Positions 89,401 through 105,480 of a DNA stretch of 248,000 nt are shown here, in pieces. The translations under genes and the position numbers were made by a program. Each line of letters opens with the position of its first letter. Within the stretch, counting starts at the first letter, position 1. The notes under the pieces are model-generated. The model was given only the letters and a program-made list of their open reading frames with translations, was not told the DNA's origin and did not search any database. The stretch is taken from positions 117,820,001-118,068,000 of the forward strand of contig OX597817.1 in assembly GCA_951406725.2 (NCBI GenBank), given 5' to 3'. This DNA is from Octopus vulgaris. Taxonomy: Eukaryota.

Positions 89401-92400
89401 TATCTTTTACTTGTTTCAATCATTAGACTGCTGTTATGCAGGGGCGCGTCCTTGAAGGATTTTAGTGGAAAGAATCGACGTGAACACTTTTGTTTTAAGC
89501 TTGCTACTTATTCAATCAGTTTCTTTTGCATGCGCAACACATATCTATTTATGTATTTATATATGGAGGGAAAGAATAGAAAGTAGGAGAAAGTAGCGGG
89601 AAATTAATAAGAATGATATATAATTATAATTAATGCAAGTGTATTCTCAAGCGCTCTTTCTGCTGATGTGCACGCGGAAAGCAATTAATGGTATATGCTT
89701 ACTGTAACTGTATTTCGCCGAAGAATTGGTAGATCGTTTAGGGAGCTGAACTGCTGCTTTATATTTGACGTGGTTATTTGATCATGGCATATAACAGATT
89801 ATATCACTGTAGTACCTTCAATTATGCTGTTGAGGTATGGTGGGGAGTAACAAAATGTTTTCTCCATATTGGCTTACTCGGTGACAGGGTGCATTACGGA
89901 ATAGTTGCTGTTTCGTTGTTGTTCGCCCCTATGTAGGATTTGCATAAATATTATATTTAATCTAACTAAATAGTTAAATATTTATATCACCAGTTCTCTA
90001 AGAATCTCTCACAATCTCTTTCTCACCTTCTTTCCCTCTCATTTCTTGCTTTAGCACTCTCACTCTTTCTCGCTTACCTCGATAGATGCCTCATCCTCAA
90101 TTGATCGAACAGAATATGCCAAACATATTCTCACAGGAGTAAATATTTCCTTAATATAAGTAGAACATCATAAAATCTTTTGTATAAGAATATGCTTGTG
90201 CGTACATATACAGACAGAAAGGGAAATAGAAAATTAAAGAAATACTTAGTGATTGATTGATTCACGATTCTTTGATTGATAATACACATTCCTTTCGATT
90301 ATTTCATTATTATTTGAACTTACCATATAGTACAAACGCATATATATTTTATTTTCATCATAAAATACTTGCAATTATGTTATAGTTTATTATAACATAT
90401 TTAAATGGTCTCCGGAACATTAAGAAATAAAAGTATGAAAAGAGCGAGTATGAAGAAACAAAAGCAGACTCCAGCAAAGCAGCCGCTGAAAGTAGACGTT
90501 TTTATAAAGGAAGAAAACGATAGTTTAAATCAACTTTAATTTAAAAAATCAATGCAGGGCCTTAAGAATTTCGGAGAAACGAAATTACGAAAATACAACT
90601 GAAGCGGTAACTGACAGGCTGCAACATTCGGAGGCTTTTTGAATTTTTGTCAAGAATATCGTGTAAGGGTAGAGAATTGATAGTGCAAACATGCTACTGT
90701 TTTTAACAAGTTATCTTGAGATCTTGGCTGATGACAGAGAATTCTGAGATACAGACATGCTAAAAAAATTATGTACGTCTTTGCTTATATCTACGTAAAA
90801 GTTGGGGGGAATTCCATGAGAATAACCGTTCAAAATGTATGTATACATAGTTGGACTATGACGCCGTGTCCCTTCTTTTCTCTTCACATAAATCGTCTCT
90901 CATCATCAGATATGTATAGTTTAGAATCCTGCTCTAATATTAATTCAGTTACACATTTGTTCAAATATATTTGCAAAATTAAGAATTGGTAAATCTATAG
91001 ACCAATCCTATGAAAGTATGTGCATCCTTGAAAATTAACGAAAATGCTGATAAGAAACATCTGTCAACACAGTTGAATTAATAGGAGTACTCTGTTCTCT
91101 TATATGCATTAAAATGACTTGCGCGTTTGACAGTAGGAGCGAGAAAAAAGTTGTCTCAACATCTACGTTTCAAATGGGTTATACTCTACTAATTCTTTCA
91201 TTCTTCTGAACTTTTAGGAATGAGTTGGTGAAAACCTTTTTGTTTGGATGTAGAATCTCCTCTTTCTTCCCGTGATAAAACGGGGGATCGAAAATGTTAG
91301 TAATTCATTGCTTAATGTAGGAGCATAAAACTGACTAATAGTGTGAAATCTGAAGAAATTTTACTCGCTGCATAATTGGATTCAAGCTGAGAAACTAAAT
91401 TAAAGGATCCCCAGTGAATAGAAGGGTAGGAAAGGATAAACTGGGCTGAATAGCTGGGCTACCACTATTTTCAGGAGAATGCGACGAGACAGGTGAAGTT
91501 GCACTATTTAAGTGCAGAGTAGTTAGAATCACTTAAAAAAATTATAGGAAAAGATTAGATACAGAATTGTACTACAAATTTGGATGAGTTCTAGACGCAT
91601 TTTGCTCCGAAATCATGCATTTGAAGTCAATTAAAACTGGTTTTAACTATCTCGCGGACAGACAATTTGTGCGTGAAATTATGTGTCTAACCTATTAATA
91701 TACACACCTACAGCACATAAGCGTAGAAGGTCAGAAGTTGTGGGTTGTAGTTTTAAAAGTTACGAGCTTTCGTCATTTGTCTCTGTAATCATATTTTTGT
91801 TAGCTTGCCTTGTCTCGTGTCCATTATTACGCTGGAGAATTGGTTTCCATGAGATTGATGAGTTGGGTCGTTATTGTTGAAGTTTATCCTGGCCTTTTCT
91901 TCTCGGGGACCTTTCCTTGTCAGCTAGTCAGCGATGATATACTGGCCGTCAGGCGTCACAAAATGTCGCATTGTTGCTTGGCCATCAATATCATGGAGTT
92001 TCCTTGCTGATGTGTGTTATATTGCTGAAGACTATCATTGTGTGGACTGACTGGCTGCTTGTATAAAAAATGAAGCAACTTACGAAATTTTAACTTTTGA
92101 TATATTTATAGATGGACATCAATTACAGTATTGGCTGTCTACATAAAAACAACGCATATAGTATAAATATGTCTGGAATGAGAGAAGCGCATTGTTTCTC
92201 TTGAACGCTAGCAGTAATACCCCAAGTGTAAGTGCGTGGTGCCGTCTGTTTTGCCCGAGTGCTCCAGGCTGTCTGCCTCTGTAAGTGCCCAAGGAGATCT
92301 GACCTTAGTTATTTGCCTTCTGTGAGTACCCAAGGTGGTTTGTCTGAGCTAGCCGCCAAGTGGTTTTATAGAATGAAAATGGGAAAACGTTTAGATCATC

Positions 92401-92455
92401 CGATAAAACCATACAACGCTACAGCTATACGTTGATTGGTCAATTTATAGATACA

Positions 92456-92785
92456 CTAGCAGTATCGCCCGGCGTTGCTCAGGTTTGTAAGGGAAATAAC
92501 TATAAAGCATTTTTAGAGAGTTATAGCCAAAAAATAGCAAAAAATGGAAAAAAATGATGGTAAATTTTTTTTTGAGAGTAAAAAAAGGTTGAGTTGCGTC
92601 CCCTAGACAGTCTGTGGTTTGTTTCTTTTGATTCTGGACCCCATGTCGAATTTATCGATTTTTTTCAGAACTGGGGGAACTTTTCAAAATTTTCGCTGCG
92701 TTAGTTTTGAATTATGACATTGGGCTATGTGTGTGTCAAGTTTCATCAGAATCGGTTGAAAGCCGTGGTCAGGGTGAGGGTATCA
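92456..92785 (-). mobile_element. Non-autonomous Helitron (5'-truncated), family of 243780-244155
   Basis: ctagcagtatcgcccggcgttgctcaggtttgtaaggg terminus; internal match to 187170-187365. Confidence 0.8.
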
Positions 92786-93895
92786 TATGATAATGTGTTG
92801 GCTTACTTTTGATCCTCAACTAAATATTTCTCAGTTGTAGATCGAATCCCTCCGTACTCATACTAACTATGCTACTGCTACGGGAGATTGGCAGTGCTTA
92901 CTCGTAATAAGATCGTAACAGGCCTTCTAGTTCACCTATTTATGAAGAAATTCAAGATCACTAAGCAATATCATTCAGAAAAATCGAACCAACATATCTC
93001 TTGACAACTTGGCTTCTTCTAAATCATCAACACAAACGAGAAGTATTCAGAGATAATTTGTCTCTATTTTTTATTCACGTACTGGAAGGTTACAGAATAT
93101 GTTGATGGTAGAGTTGTTCCCTGTATATATCATGTTCATCTATGGGATGCGGAAAAAATGTATTTCAATTTTATCGGGATTCGTGAAAAACGTCTAGTCA
93201 AATTCGATATATTGAAACCTGTCAATAGTATTAAATAAATTATTTTCTCTCATACTGAGTGGAGAAATAAATCTGCGAATGTTAAAGCTTGACGGAATTT
93301 CGTCAAGAGGCAATGTTAGGACAGATGCCATCAAATCTAAGACATGCATTTGCGTTATAACATGCATTTAGCCACGCATCACATCGACACTCTTTATATA
93401 CTCAACTTTGCACCACCATTTAAACATTTATTTTGCAGCAAACATTTCGCACGAAACATCAATCAGCGTAATAATGTGAGAAACTTAGACAACAACTGCA
93501 AAAACATAGTATTACATCAGTTGAGAGATTCTTTCTAAATACATATACCCAGAAAAAAATGAATTCTTAAATAAATTATTAAATGAATTAAAGTATTAAT
93601 TAAAGTATTAAATGAATTTGAACAGGAATACCTAGTTCATACATATTGTATTACGGGGTAAATAAGTTAATATATCAGTGTTGAAACAGAGTCTTTGTGT
93701 GAATTTGTGCGTATACGTGTACGTATAAATAAGTATATATGCATTTATATATGTAAATATATAGATATATATATACACATATATATGTATGCCTATATAT
93801 ATGCATACATATATATATATATGTGTGTATGTGTGTATGTATATATATATATATATAATCATATGTATACACACATATATACATATATATATGTT

Positions 93896-93954
<59 letters not shown>

Positions 93955-96149
93955 TTACGTACATATTTACATACATAGATACATACAGACAGACAGACAT
94001 GCGTACGTAGATAGATAATTCAATAAGCGTATGTATGTTTTGTTTTTTTTATATGTAATGTGCAGCAAGTATTTCACTGTAATACTGTTTATCACCCGAG
94101 GATTTCCCAGTGGAACCACAAGTACAAATATAGAGATTTGTTAGAGAAAGCCGTGAGATTTTAACAAGAAAACATATCGACAAAAATTATAACAACAGCA
94201 CCAAAATCAGTAACAATAAAAAGGATAACTACTATATTCTACAAAACGTAATTGTAAAAATGTTTGTAACGTATGCCACTAGGATACATTGCATAAAAAT
94301 CATTGCAGAAAAACTGAACGGAAAACATATTAATATCAAAATTATGCAAATGAAAATTTAATTAAATATAGAGAGGAGATTCAAAGAGAGACTGCCAGAA
94401 AGAGAAGTGTTAAAATGAATAACACTTTTGTTGTATGATCAGAGACTCGTATTTTGTAAATAATTAAATGATACAAAAAATGTGAGCTACCAAATCATAG
94501 TTGCGTTATGTCTTATTTCAAAACTAAACGAGTCAAGAAGCGGGTTTGTATGCTCTCACAATGCGGGTAGAGGCCATAGCCAAAATTCACTTCATAACAT
94601 GCAGTATTTGTTATAGAAAGCAATATTGCACATTGCTGTCTCTGGCATTGCCATTACTGAAGCCCCCTTGATTATAGATATCATTCTATATAACGGTAGC
94701 AACAATTTCTCAATTTCTCAAAAGTATGTTCGAATGTTTACAAATATTGGTTGAAAAATAGGAAAACAATTTATACAGCAAAAATTCATTATGGGTATGA
94801 AGCATAATCACTAGCAGCGAAAATAAATCAGAGAATTGGGGAATAGTAAGAGCGTGGAATGTCAAGTGCATCAAACGGCATTAAAGAAATAACAAATTGA
94901 ACCATGTAAAATAAATCAAGGGACATATGGTACCAGGAGGAATGCGTATCTATAGGTAAACGTAAGAAGAAATACCGTAGGATAGAGTCAGCAACATAAC
95001 TAGGCATGATATATATATATATATATATATATAATCTGCAATTATAAATTTACTAAAATGTGTAGATTGAATTAAAAGAAAAACCAAGAAATTGGAAACG
95101 TCACCATCAATCTTAAAGGTTATACAGTTTAAACTATCTGGCTAAAATTAATTAATCATATGCTCTGTATAGCGTCTGCCATGAGAGAATTAAACAATGC
95201 AGAGGAAACAGAGAGATAAAATACAACCTAATCGAAAGTGAATCAACATTCAAACGCAAAGTTAAACAAGATTGAAAAATTGATGGCTTTCATGTAAATC
95301 GCAGACTTCAACCACATTCACATTTACGTTATTTTACTTGTTTCACTTATGGCTGTACAGTTGTTATAGCATCTATAGTATTATCAAAGTGTCATACTAC
95401 AAGTGCTGCATTCACCTTATCTGCTAATTTGTCTGTGCATTCTTTATGTTTTGCGTCTTGAAAAACTTTTTTCATCCCATATTATTTCATGTATATTGCA
95501 AATAATTGCGTTAGAATTGTTGTTGCACCTCTTCATAGCGAGTTTCCCTAAACTTTATTTTCCTATTCCAAGTGTACAAGTGACATCAAATAATATGAAA
95601 ATATAAAATACTGTTTCTTTTCCTGGAGAACAGAAGCATTCCAATTTTGTATATTTGATAACTGTATTGTTACTGTGTAATCCTCGTTAGGTTTGACAAA
95701 GCCCTGCGAAAGGAGAAGCTATAGCTATCAGTAAAATGTTTTTCTATCTTGGATGGCATCAACCATACTGTCATTCCTTTTAAGACAATTTGAGATTCGG
95801 CTCCTATAACAAACACTTGTGTGGGTCCTTCTGCACTCATTGTTCTGAGAATAGCAATAAATTCGCCGTTGATATATCAAATTATGTGTTATTATCACTT
95901 TGCAATACAATACATACAATATGGTCGTATAGTATTGGAATGAAATAAACTAAGACTTTGATACTAGTAATAAGCTCAAAAATTGCCACGAACTGTGTAA
96001 AGAACCTAAATTAATTTGATATATATTTTGCAAATGGAGCAGTTTAAATTTGGAGTTGTTTTAGCTGCCATAAATTCGACTCGCAAAACAAAAAGTTATG
96101 TTCTTTCATAGATGCTGAATTTCAAATAAAATAGTTAATTGATCTTTAC

Positions 96150-97430
96150 TGCTGTATACCGTAAAGTATGAAACTGTTAACTATTAGCAGTGACAAGATA
96201 TACACGGAGAGTTAAAAGTATATACGAAGTAAATACTGTGGATACTCTACCACCAGTCTCCTCAGTTGTTCTTCCGAATCTGCCACCAGTGCTGTATCAT
96301 CAGCAAACAACAACTGACTCACTTGCCATCTTTCTCCATTTTATCCCACCATTTTTTGTTCCCCCACCAAAGTTTCTAGCATTTACCTCTCTCGGCACAC
96401 CATCCATATATAAATTAAACAGCCACAGAGACATCACACAACCCTGTCTTAACCCCACCTTCATATCAAACCACTCACAACCTTCACCACCCACCCTAAC
96501 ACATGCTCTACTTTCTCTATGAAAACTCTGAACACCGCTCAACAATCTACTATCTACTCCATACAACTACAACACCTGCCACATTGCATACTCATCCACA
96601 CGGTCATATGCCTTCTCTAGGTTTATACAGGCCCAATATACCATCTAACCTTTTGCCAAACACTTCTCACACATCTGCCTTACTACAATTTTTCCATCTG
96701 CACACCCCCTTCCGCTCCTCAAACTACGCTGCTCCTTCTCTTGTACACTCTCTGTCTGGTTCCTCACCCTTACAATCAGAATTCTCCCATACAGTTTACC
96801 TACTACACACAACAGACTCAAACCCCTAAATTTTCCACACTCTCATTTATCCCCTTTCCCCTTGTACTGTGGCACTATACAAGCACTTTGGTATTCTTCC
96901 AGACATATAACACATATTCATAAACTTCACTAACCATTCAATCAATGTCACTCCTCCTTTAATGAGACATTCCAGTGTACACCCATCTATATCTGGCGCC
97001 TTTTGATGTGCCAGCTCCCGCAAGGATTCCTTCAACACTTCCCTTCCAGTTGCACTGTAGTTTCATTACACACCAACAGGCACTCTCCTCTCTCCTCTTG
97101 GTTTCCCTAACATCCTCCACATTTAACAGTTCACTAAAATACACTGCCCATCTCCTTTATAAATCCTCACTGCCTTTCAACAAATTTCCATTTACGTTGT
97201 TCACCTTTTCTTCACTTCCTCCAACCACCTTTCTTACCATCTGTACCTCTTTCCAAAACATATTTTTATTTCTTACAAAATTTTCACTTAACTTTTTCCC
97301 GAACCTTTTACTTGCCTCCCATTTCTCCACCCACACCACTCTTTTTACATTCCTCTTCACTTCGCGGTACCACTCCGGGACAGTGTACACCTGCGAATAA
97401 TATTGGCTAAGAAGTGGTTCCACACTCCTC
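96150..97430 (-). mobile_element. RTE-like LINE RT fragment, degenerate
   Basis: KAPDIDGCTLECLIKGGVTLIEWL; VRVGGEGCEWFDMKVGLRQGCVMSLWLFNLYMD. Confidence 0.8.
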
Positions 97431-98283
97431 AACCCTGAAACCAGGGTCCTAGGGTCCCACTACCGGATATACATTATAGTTATACCAAAGACATATTATT
97501 GATAGCTAATATTAATAAAATAATGATTCAAAGACAATGCAGTCAAAGTACAACTAAAAGTAGACGTGAATACCTAAGCCACTGCAGGAAAATTCAGAGA
97601 ACAATATATTGCATATGCTCTAAAAGACTTTGAAATAGAGCAGAATCATGATACTAATCTACGATGTATCCCAATTAGGGTTTCTTACGATTACATGAAA
97701 GTAGATGTCTATATAACATTGAATGTCTATAATAATGAGTCGAATGGAATTATCATTCAAAATTCGAAAATGTGCTATATATGGATACGTAAAAATGGTT
97801 AATATGTATGCGTAAACACACACACACACAGGTACACACTCACTCACAAATATACATACATGTATACATGCATACATATGTATGTGACTGTGATATCGTT
97901 GTGTGTGTCGTAACATTAATAAATGCAAAGGTTTGTACGCTCATAGATTCTCACATAAAATGTTATATAATGTCTATACATGATAAATAACTGTTATGTT
98001 ATTTAGATAAATGTAAAAAAAAAAATGACAGTTTAAAAGAACGACAATAAAACTTTAGACTTAAAGCATATATTTGATAATAATGTCTATTATATTATAA
98101 ATTTTATTATACTATATACTCTATTACACTATAAAACTGACAACTTATAACTTTGAGCAATTCCAATATGTCAAAGATAATCTATCAGCCACAGCACATA
98201 GCCTATCCCGTTATTGTTCAGTATAGTTTATCACACAATATACTCCTATTCGACAAAACATCAAATCATCGATACATACACAC

Positions 98284-98346
<63 letters not shown>

Positions 98347-98479
98347 CAATAATATATATATACAATAATATATATATATATATATATACAATTGCATTGT
98401 AGAAGGTGTTTATAAGCCAATTTAAAAACACAAAAACCGTTAGATACACTTCAACATTTAAATTTAATTTGTCAAACTA

Positions 98480-99000
98480 TGTTCGTAGATTTGAAGTCGC
98501 GTCCTGTTCACTGACAAAATTCCTTACTGCACGGAGATGTTCGAAGGTGAGTGAGGTCGTTCCGATTCAGTCATCGATATAAGGACCGTATATATTAGGA
98601 TTTGGAACAGGTTCGTATATTTGGAGCCCATTCTTGTTCCCCTGGCGACTCGTGAGATTTGTTGGGAAAACTACTCCACGAACAAGAAGCTGTTGAGGGA
98701 GAGGACATGTACGGCTAAATGAAGAAGTGTGGAGATGTCAGGTTGAGGGTCTGACCGAAGATCAAGGAAGTGTTTAAGCGCAAGAAGGCCGTCGTTGTGT
98801 GGGATCACCGTATACAAAGATTTAATGTCGAGAGTAAGCAGAAGTTGAGTGGGGCCAGAAAGGAAGCAGAAAGAGTTAAACAGACGCAGAACAAGATTGG
98901 TGTCGTGAATGTGCAAAAGTAGGGGAGCAAGGATACGGTCGAGGTATTTGGAGATCATTTCAGAGGGCAAGTTACAGGCAGAGACGATGGGGCAGCGAGG
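98480..99000 (-). mobile_element. PLE RT fragment
   Basis: PIVSACNLPSEMISKYLDRILAP...LLLTLDIKSLYTVIPHNDGLLALKHFL. Confidence 0.75.
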
Positions 99001-99043
99001 GTTAGAAATAGATTTAGATATATGTATAGACAGACAGACAGAC

Positions 99044-99102
<59 letters not shown>

Positions 99103-99198
99103 GAGATAGGTAGATAGATAAGTAAGATAAAAATAAACTCGCACTCTCTATGTTGTATCACATCTAAACTAACTATGACTTTGCTATCCTCTCATACT

Positions 99199-99250
99199 GT
99201 CTTCGATGAAGGGGTATAATTAATAAATATCCTGGAACCAGCTGTAAGAC
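99199..99250 (+). ncRNA. Degenerate HHR (family of 124562-124807)
   Basis: GTCT-TCGATGA-AGGG...CCTG-GAAC-CAGCTG-TA-AGAC. Confidence 0.35.
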
Positions 99251-99282
99251 CTGCTATCTATAAATGTTCTAATATCTACACC

Positions 99283-99332
<50 letters not shown>

Positions 99333-100223
99333 TATATATAGATAGATAGATAGATAAAGAGAGAGAGAGATAGACAGACACACACACGGTCTGACAGACA
99401 TACAAACGGACAAACAGTGATAGAGTTTGATAATTCATTTAAACTTGAATATGTTTCACTTTCTACAATTCTTTGTTAATATCTTTGCATGAAAATGTAT
99501 TTTTGCTAAAATAACAAGATGCCGCTTCATATATTCAGTACAATACCTCATATCTGTAGGTTAGACTTAAATCATAAATTCAAAGTTAATTTCAGTGATT
99601 GTAAGAATATTGGGAATGTCGTTTGCCAGTAAATTAATCGTATTTATGATAATGATCAACTAATATTTCCCTTTGGTCACTGGATTCAAGACCACGGTAC
99701 ACAGTCTAACATGAAGTCTCATTCATATGTGTATGATCGCATATTTGTCACGTGCGCGCACACACACAAACTCATACATATATACGTGCTCATAACTATG
99801 TAACTGCGCGCATATATACATCATTTCTATATTACAGGAATTCAATATTCACCTTAGGCTGGAGTTAACTTACCATATCTGAATTACGTATCGTTTATCA
99901 GCGATACAAATTCAATAATAATGACACTAATTGATAGAAAATTGAGCAACCTAAACTTATTTGGTCTAAATGAAACTAGAAGGTAAGGATGTTGTGAGAC
100001 AAGATACAATTTTTACGAAATATATTTTATTTCATATAAATGTTTCGTGAAGTCTCATTTTGTTTAATGTAAAGGGAATTAAACTTTATAGAGATGGAAG
100101 AGTACGTAAGTTTCGTTATGTTTGTATGACGTGAAGATCCGATAATTTATATGGCAGATAATTGCAAATTTATTGTTGTATTTAAGTTGAATTCATGCAT
100201 ACACACACAGACACACACATACA

Positions 100224-100269
<46 letters not shown>

Positions 100270-100312
100270 CACGTACATATAAATATATATGTGTATGTAT
100301 GTATCTATACAC

Positions 100313-100358
<46 letters not shown>

Positions 100359-100618
100359 AATTTGTGACAATTAGTTGGCTGTTATAATAAAATCTGCTCC
100401 GGCATCTCATAAGTTATTAAGACAAATAAAAACGCTACGAAGAAAGGGAAATTACTCCAATAGGCATGCGGAAAGTAATATTTCGTTCATAGAATCTGAA
100501 TATGCACATATGTACACTGTATACATACACTTACGCACACACACACACATGCATATATATATATATACTCACACACGCGTGTACATATACTTACAAACAC
100601 ACACACACACACACACAC

Positions 100619-100649
<31 letters not shown>

Positions 100650-100656
<7 letters not shown>

Positions 100657-101430
100657 GGAAGGGGAGGGAATAAACTACTGCATTAACTTGCTATACAAGC
100701 AGGTAATAATTTTATCGTGCACTTATTCTTTGTGCAATTTTTGAAGAGTGCAGTTGTTTTTTAAAGCTATAATGGGAGTAGCAAATGCCTATTTTGCTTT
100801 ATGAATTCAATAAAGGCAACAACGCCAGGGAGGTGCGAGGAATATTAATGCAGTATATGGAGATCGGATAATAAGCGTAAGAAAATATCAGCGGTGGTTT
100901 CAGAAATCCCGAGCCGGAAACTACAGCCTAAAATACCTGCAGACTCTGGTGGGACGCCTGCAGACTCTGGTGGGGAAAAAAACCCCATCCTAAATGTTTA
101001 GGAACTAGCAGAGAAGCTTGGATTTGGACATTCAACCATTCAACGATACCAGCACTAGAAGAAAAAAAAAACATCTTTGGTTTCAAGACGAGGATGACAT
101101 TCCGAAGGCTGGAGCAGTTTGAATGGGAAACAATGCCCCACCCACCATATTCCCCAGACGTTGCCCCATCTGATTATAATTTATTCTGCGGTCTTCAAAA
101201 GTATTCGGACAGGAAAAACATGAATTTTGTAGACAAAGTCAGAACAGAACTGGAGGAGTATTTTTTGTCACGGACAAGTGAATTTTGGAAGGGGGCCTTG
101301 CAAGTCTACCAGATAGCAGGGCATTGTAAAAGATGAAGTAAAGTATATTTTAGATTAAAAAGAACTTTGCCTTAATTTTGATAAGAAGAAGTCTTATTAA
101401 AATATCGCATTATTTATGGGCTAACTTAAA
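100650..101430 (+). mobile_element. Mariner relic, internally deleted
   Basis: WETMPHPPYSPDVAPSDYNLF (YSPDLAP motif). Confidence 0.8.
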
Positions 101431-101763
101431 TTTGTACGCACACATACGCAGGGATACACACACAGACACTCACACATATACAAACCACCCACATCCACAT
101501 ACATAAATACATACATACATTCGTATATATATATACATACACAAATATGTAGAGCGCTGAAATGTTCCTGTCTTTGGGTAAAAGAAAATAGAGAAGTATC
101601 AGTTGATTATGATTTTATTCAAAATATTCCCCTCGCTGATCTACACACTTACTGCAGCGGTCGTTCAGTTATTCTAAGCCCTGCAAAAGAACTCGATATT
101701 TTGAGACTCCAAGGCCTTTTGCGCTACTCTTTTCAGCAAAGAACCATGTCGTATACGTACTTA

Positions 101764-101849
<86 letters not shown>

Positions 101850-104767
101850 CATCTAGAGAAGGAATGAGGCAACGAGAGAAATTAACTGTTAGTTTACTAT
101901 CTATTCGTATATATATTTCCAGCACACATTAACCTTATATTCGTTTTCTGAACGTGACTACATTAAATGCAACTGTAAAATGTTACACGTTTCCTATGGA
102001 GAATTATTTGCAGCATGAACTATTATCATACACATTCACACTGTAGATAAAGTGGGAATATATATGTATGTGAATAGTTCACCCAAGTATATGCGGGTAT
102101 ACACGCACACACACAGACACACACATATATATTCTGTAAATAGCACTATATGAAAAATATCTATTTTCTTAAATTATTATATGGTGAGTGATAAAGTGGC
102201 TTTGGACACTGATGTAAAAATATAACTAAACTTATTAAATATTGTAATATACATTGCTAAGATTTCATTAATATTCTACTCTTGCTTCTAAAAACGATCA
102301 AACTAAATATATCTACTTAGAAGCAAAACATACGCGTATGTCAGAAGACATATAAGATTCCATGCATGATGTATGAAGACTGAATCATATATTAAGGGCA
102401 ATTTTGAAAGTAATCAACTAATCTGATAAATTTTTGTATGAAGAAAATACGGTATGTTGACGGATTTATTAAATATGCATTGAATAAAAGTTGTCACGAG
102501 GATTTATCAGTGGTGTTTATGATTTCATTTTTCATTAAGATGCATACAAACTTAAGCGATTGAGTCACTTAGGCGACATCTCACAAACTATGCCACACTT
102601 TCAAGAGGAGAAGAAAAACTAACAGTAAAATTCACTTGTAATTACTTAGATAAGATACTAAAAGCGAAATTCAAAAAGGAAAAAATATATTCGTGCATAT
102701 ACAGCAATAAATGGCTTATAATAACATCAATTTGGAAATCAGAGATTCGTTTCGAAAGCAAATGAAACGTTTGTGGTTAGCAAGTTATTAAATTTATAAC
102801 ATTTGCAAGGGCTTCTGCACTTATAAATCACAATTGTTTATCATTAATGTTCACTTCATTTTTGTATACAAAATAAATTTCATCACAGTGATCTTCGAGG
102901 AATATTATTTATCCCTGCCGCAGTCCTATAACGTTTAGATTATCATCAGAAATTAACATTACAAATACTAATTTAATGAAATGATGCTCAGATTAGTTTC
103001 TGGAGATGCGTTTAATAAATTTGAAATGTTTTATTCTTTATAACAAGCAGTTAGCCTCTAACACATAGGGGGACAATACAAGGACAGACACACTACCACA
103101 ATGGGGACAAAAACATAAAACGGATGAGATTAAATAAAATTAACGATAATGCATTGAGCTCCACTGTTTTAAAACGTTTTTACCTACAGTTTTTAATAGT
103201 TTTCTTTTTCCACTTTTTCTCTCTATAAGCATCATATTTATATTCTATTGTTTTAACATTTACTTACTTTTTTTGAAGTTATTACATGTTCTAATACTTT
103301 GTATTCCACAACTGGTGGCAGTTCATCAAATTTTACTTCTGCACCGAGTGGGCCAATTTCGTTTACAAATAAATTCCTCAGCTTATCCACATATGTATTA
103401 AACCAGGAAGAAGTTGTTGTTCCTTTTAATTATTTATATTCTAATATAATGATTCCGTGTTCATAAGTTATATACTGTGCAGTAGTTAAATCTTGGTTTA
103501 TGAAGATTCATTTATATATCACAAAGATTTGTCCGCAGAATGACCACTGTGCACCAACCAGTAATACCACAGTGTAACAAAATCGTAGAAAGTGAAAGAG
103601 TGAGGATGATGGAAGAATTAAAATTGGCATCAATAAGGATTCTGCTATTTTGGTTCAGTTTTTATTCTATAGGAGCTAATAAAATATGGAGTTCATTTGT
103701 TCTTACTTAGTATGTCTGCTAATTCAGAACATATACTTTATTTATGATTTACATTTTGAATTAAATATTTATATATAATATTATCGCCTTTGAGAATGCA
103801 TTACTGAAATATTAATACAATTATATAATATTATCAGTAACAAATGGTTGGCAAATAAGAGATTACTAAGTACATTTTAATAAATATTTTGTATGATTGT
103901 GTTAAAATATCTGAGTTAATCAGTAATCCAAGTGCTTATATTTTTGATCAGCATATTACAAGCTAAATGCCATATGACATTCTATTATAAATAATGTGAT
104001 AAAATTAAATAAAAATATTGAGGTGCAATGAGTTCACGCCTTTAAGAGAAGACTAATGTTTCCATTATTCGTGCGAAATATCAGGAAATAATTTGTTTTG
104101 TATAATTCATTGCTGAAAGGAAAACGAGAGATACAATGTAATGCTTTAACAATAGACCTGCAAAACATAAATTGTAATTTGAAATAGTTATTACTTGCTT
104201 ATTAAACCTTAATTTAGGGAATACAATGTTACCTAGAGGGATGAGGCAGTGCAAAACGTAAGTTCATTTCTATTAGATATCTTTAGACCTTTTACCACAT
104301 GATATTTTCCGTTTGTGTCTTTTATTATAAAATAACGCATATGAAGACTCGAATCAATCGTGATACTATCGACTGGTCCACTGAAAAGATATGTTAAGCT
104401 GGAATCTCTATAATATAAATGAAATTGTAATGTTAATGTATTGAATGTGCGTCTATATTAAGTTGGCTTCATGATTTTTTTTATTCTTATTTGGAAATTA
104501 CTAAGTGCCTATTGATAGAATATTCTGCGCATGATATAAGTACGATGAATCAAAGGTAATCGCACAAATCTTGATATGAATTTTTAACCTAATTTAAATG
104601 TTGGTGCTCATTAAACTAAAATTAAGAAGTATGCAGCAGACACACGAAAACACTGGCGCATAAAGGTACACACACACACAAACACACACACATATATATA
104701 TTTGTGTACGTATGTACGTATTTATATATGCGTGAGAGTGTGAGTGTGAGTGTGTGTGTATGTGCTC

Positions 104768-104807
<40 letters not shown>

Positions 104808-104918
104808 TAATGCAGAGTATACGCATGGGATTTCTGTGTGATTTCTTCATATTTGTATATTTACGTATACTAATGTACAGTTTATACACGCTCACAGACA
104901 TACGCACACACACACGCT

Positions 104919-104952
<34 letters not shown>

Positions 104953-104958
104953 CGTATG

Positions 104959-105001
<43 letters not shown>

Positions 105002-105433
105002 ATGTATGTATGTATATGAATGTCTAAAGAGGAAGCAATACCAAATATAGAAGAGAACGTGTTCATTACGTCGGCCGCAAGCCACTCAAAGTCATCAATA
105101 CATATCAAAACGGCATGCATTGTATTATAAACAATAGGATGAAAGTCATTATGACCTAATCCGTTATGACATACACTGAATAGTAAACAGGAATTTGAAA
105201 ACATACAATGCAGCTCACGCAGCTCTATTGTTAATCTCTGGTTTAAGACTTTTAATGAATTTCCTTCCAGAATATACGTACTTACGTATATTCTTCTATA
105301 TATACTTTTATGCACACACATGCTCACATGCCTATCTACAAATATATTATGTGTATACATTTATATATATACATATATATATATGCATGCATTTATACAT
105401 GTGTGTATGTATTTATCCACACATATACATGCG

Positions 105434-105480
<47 letters not shown>
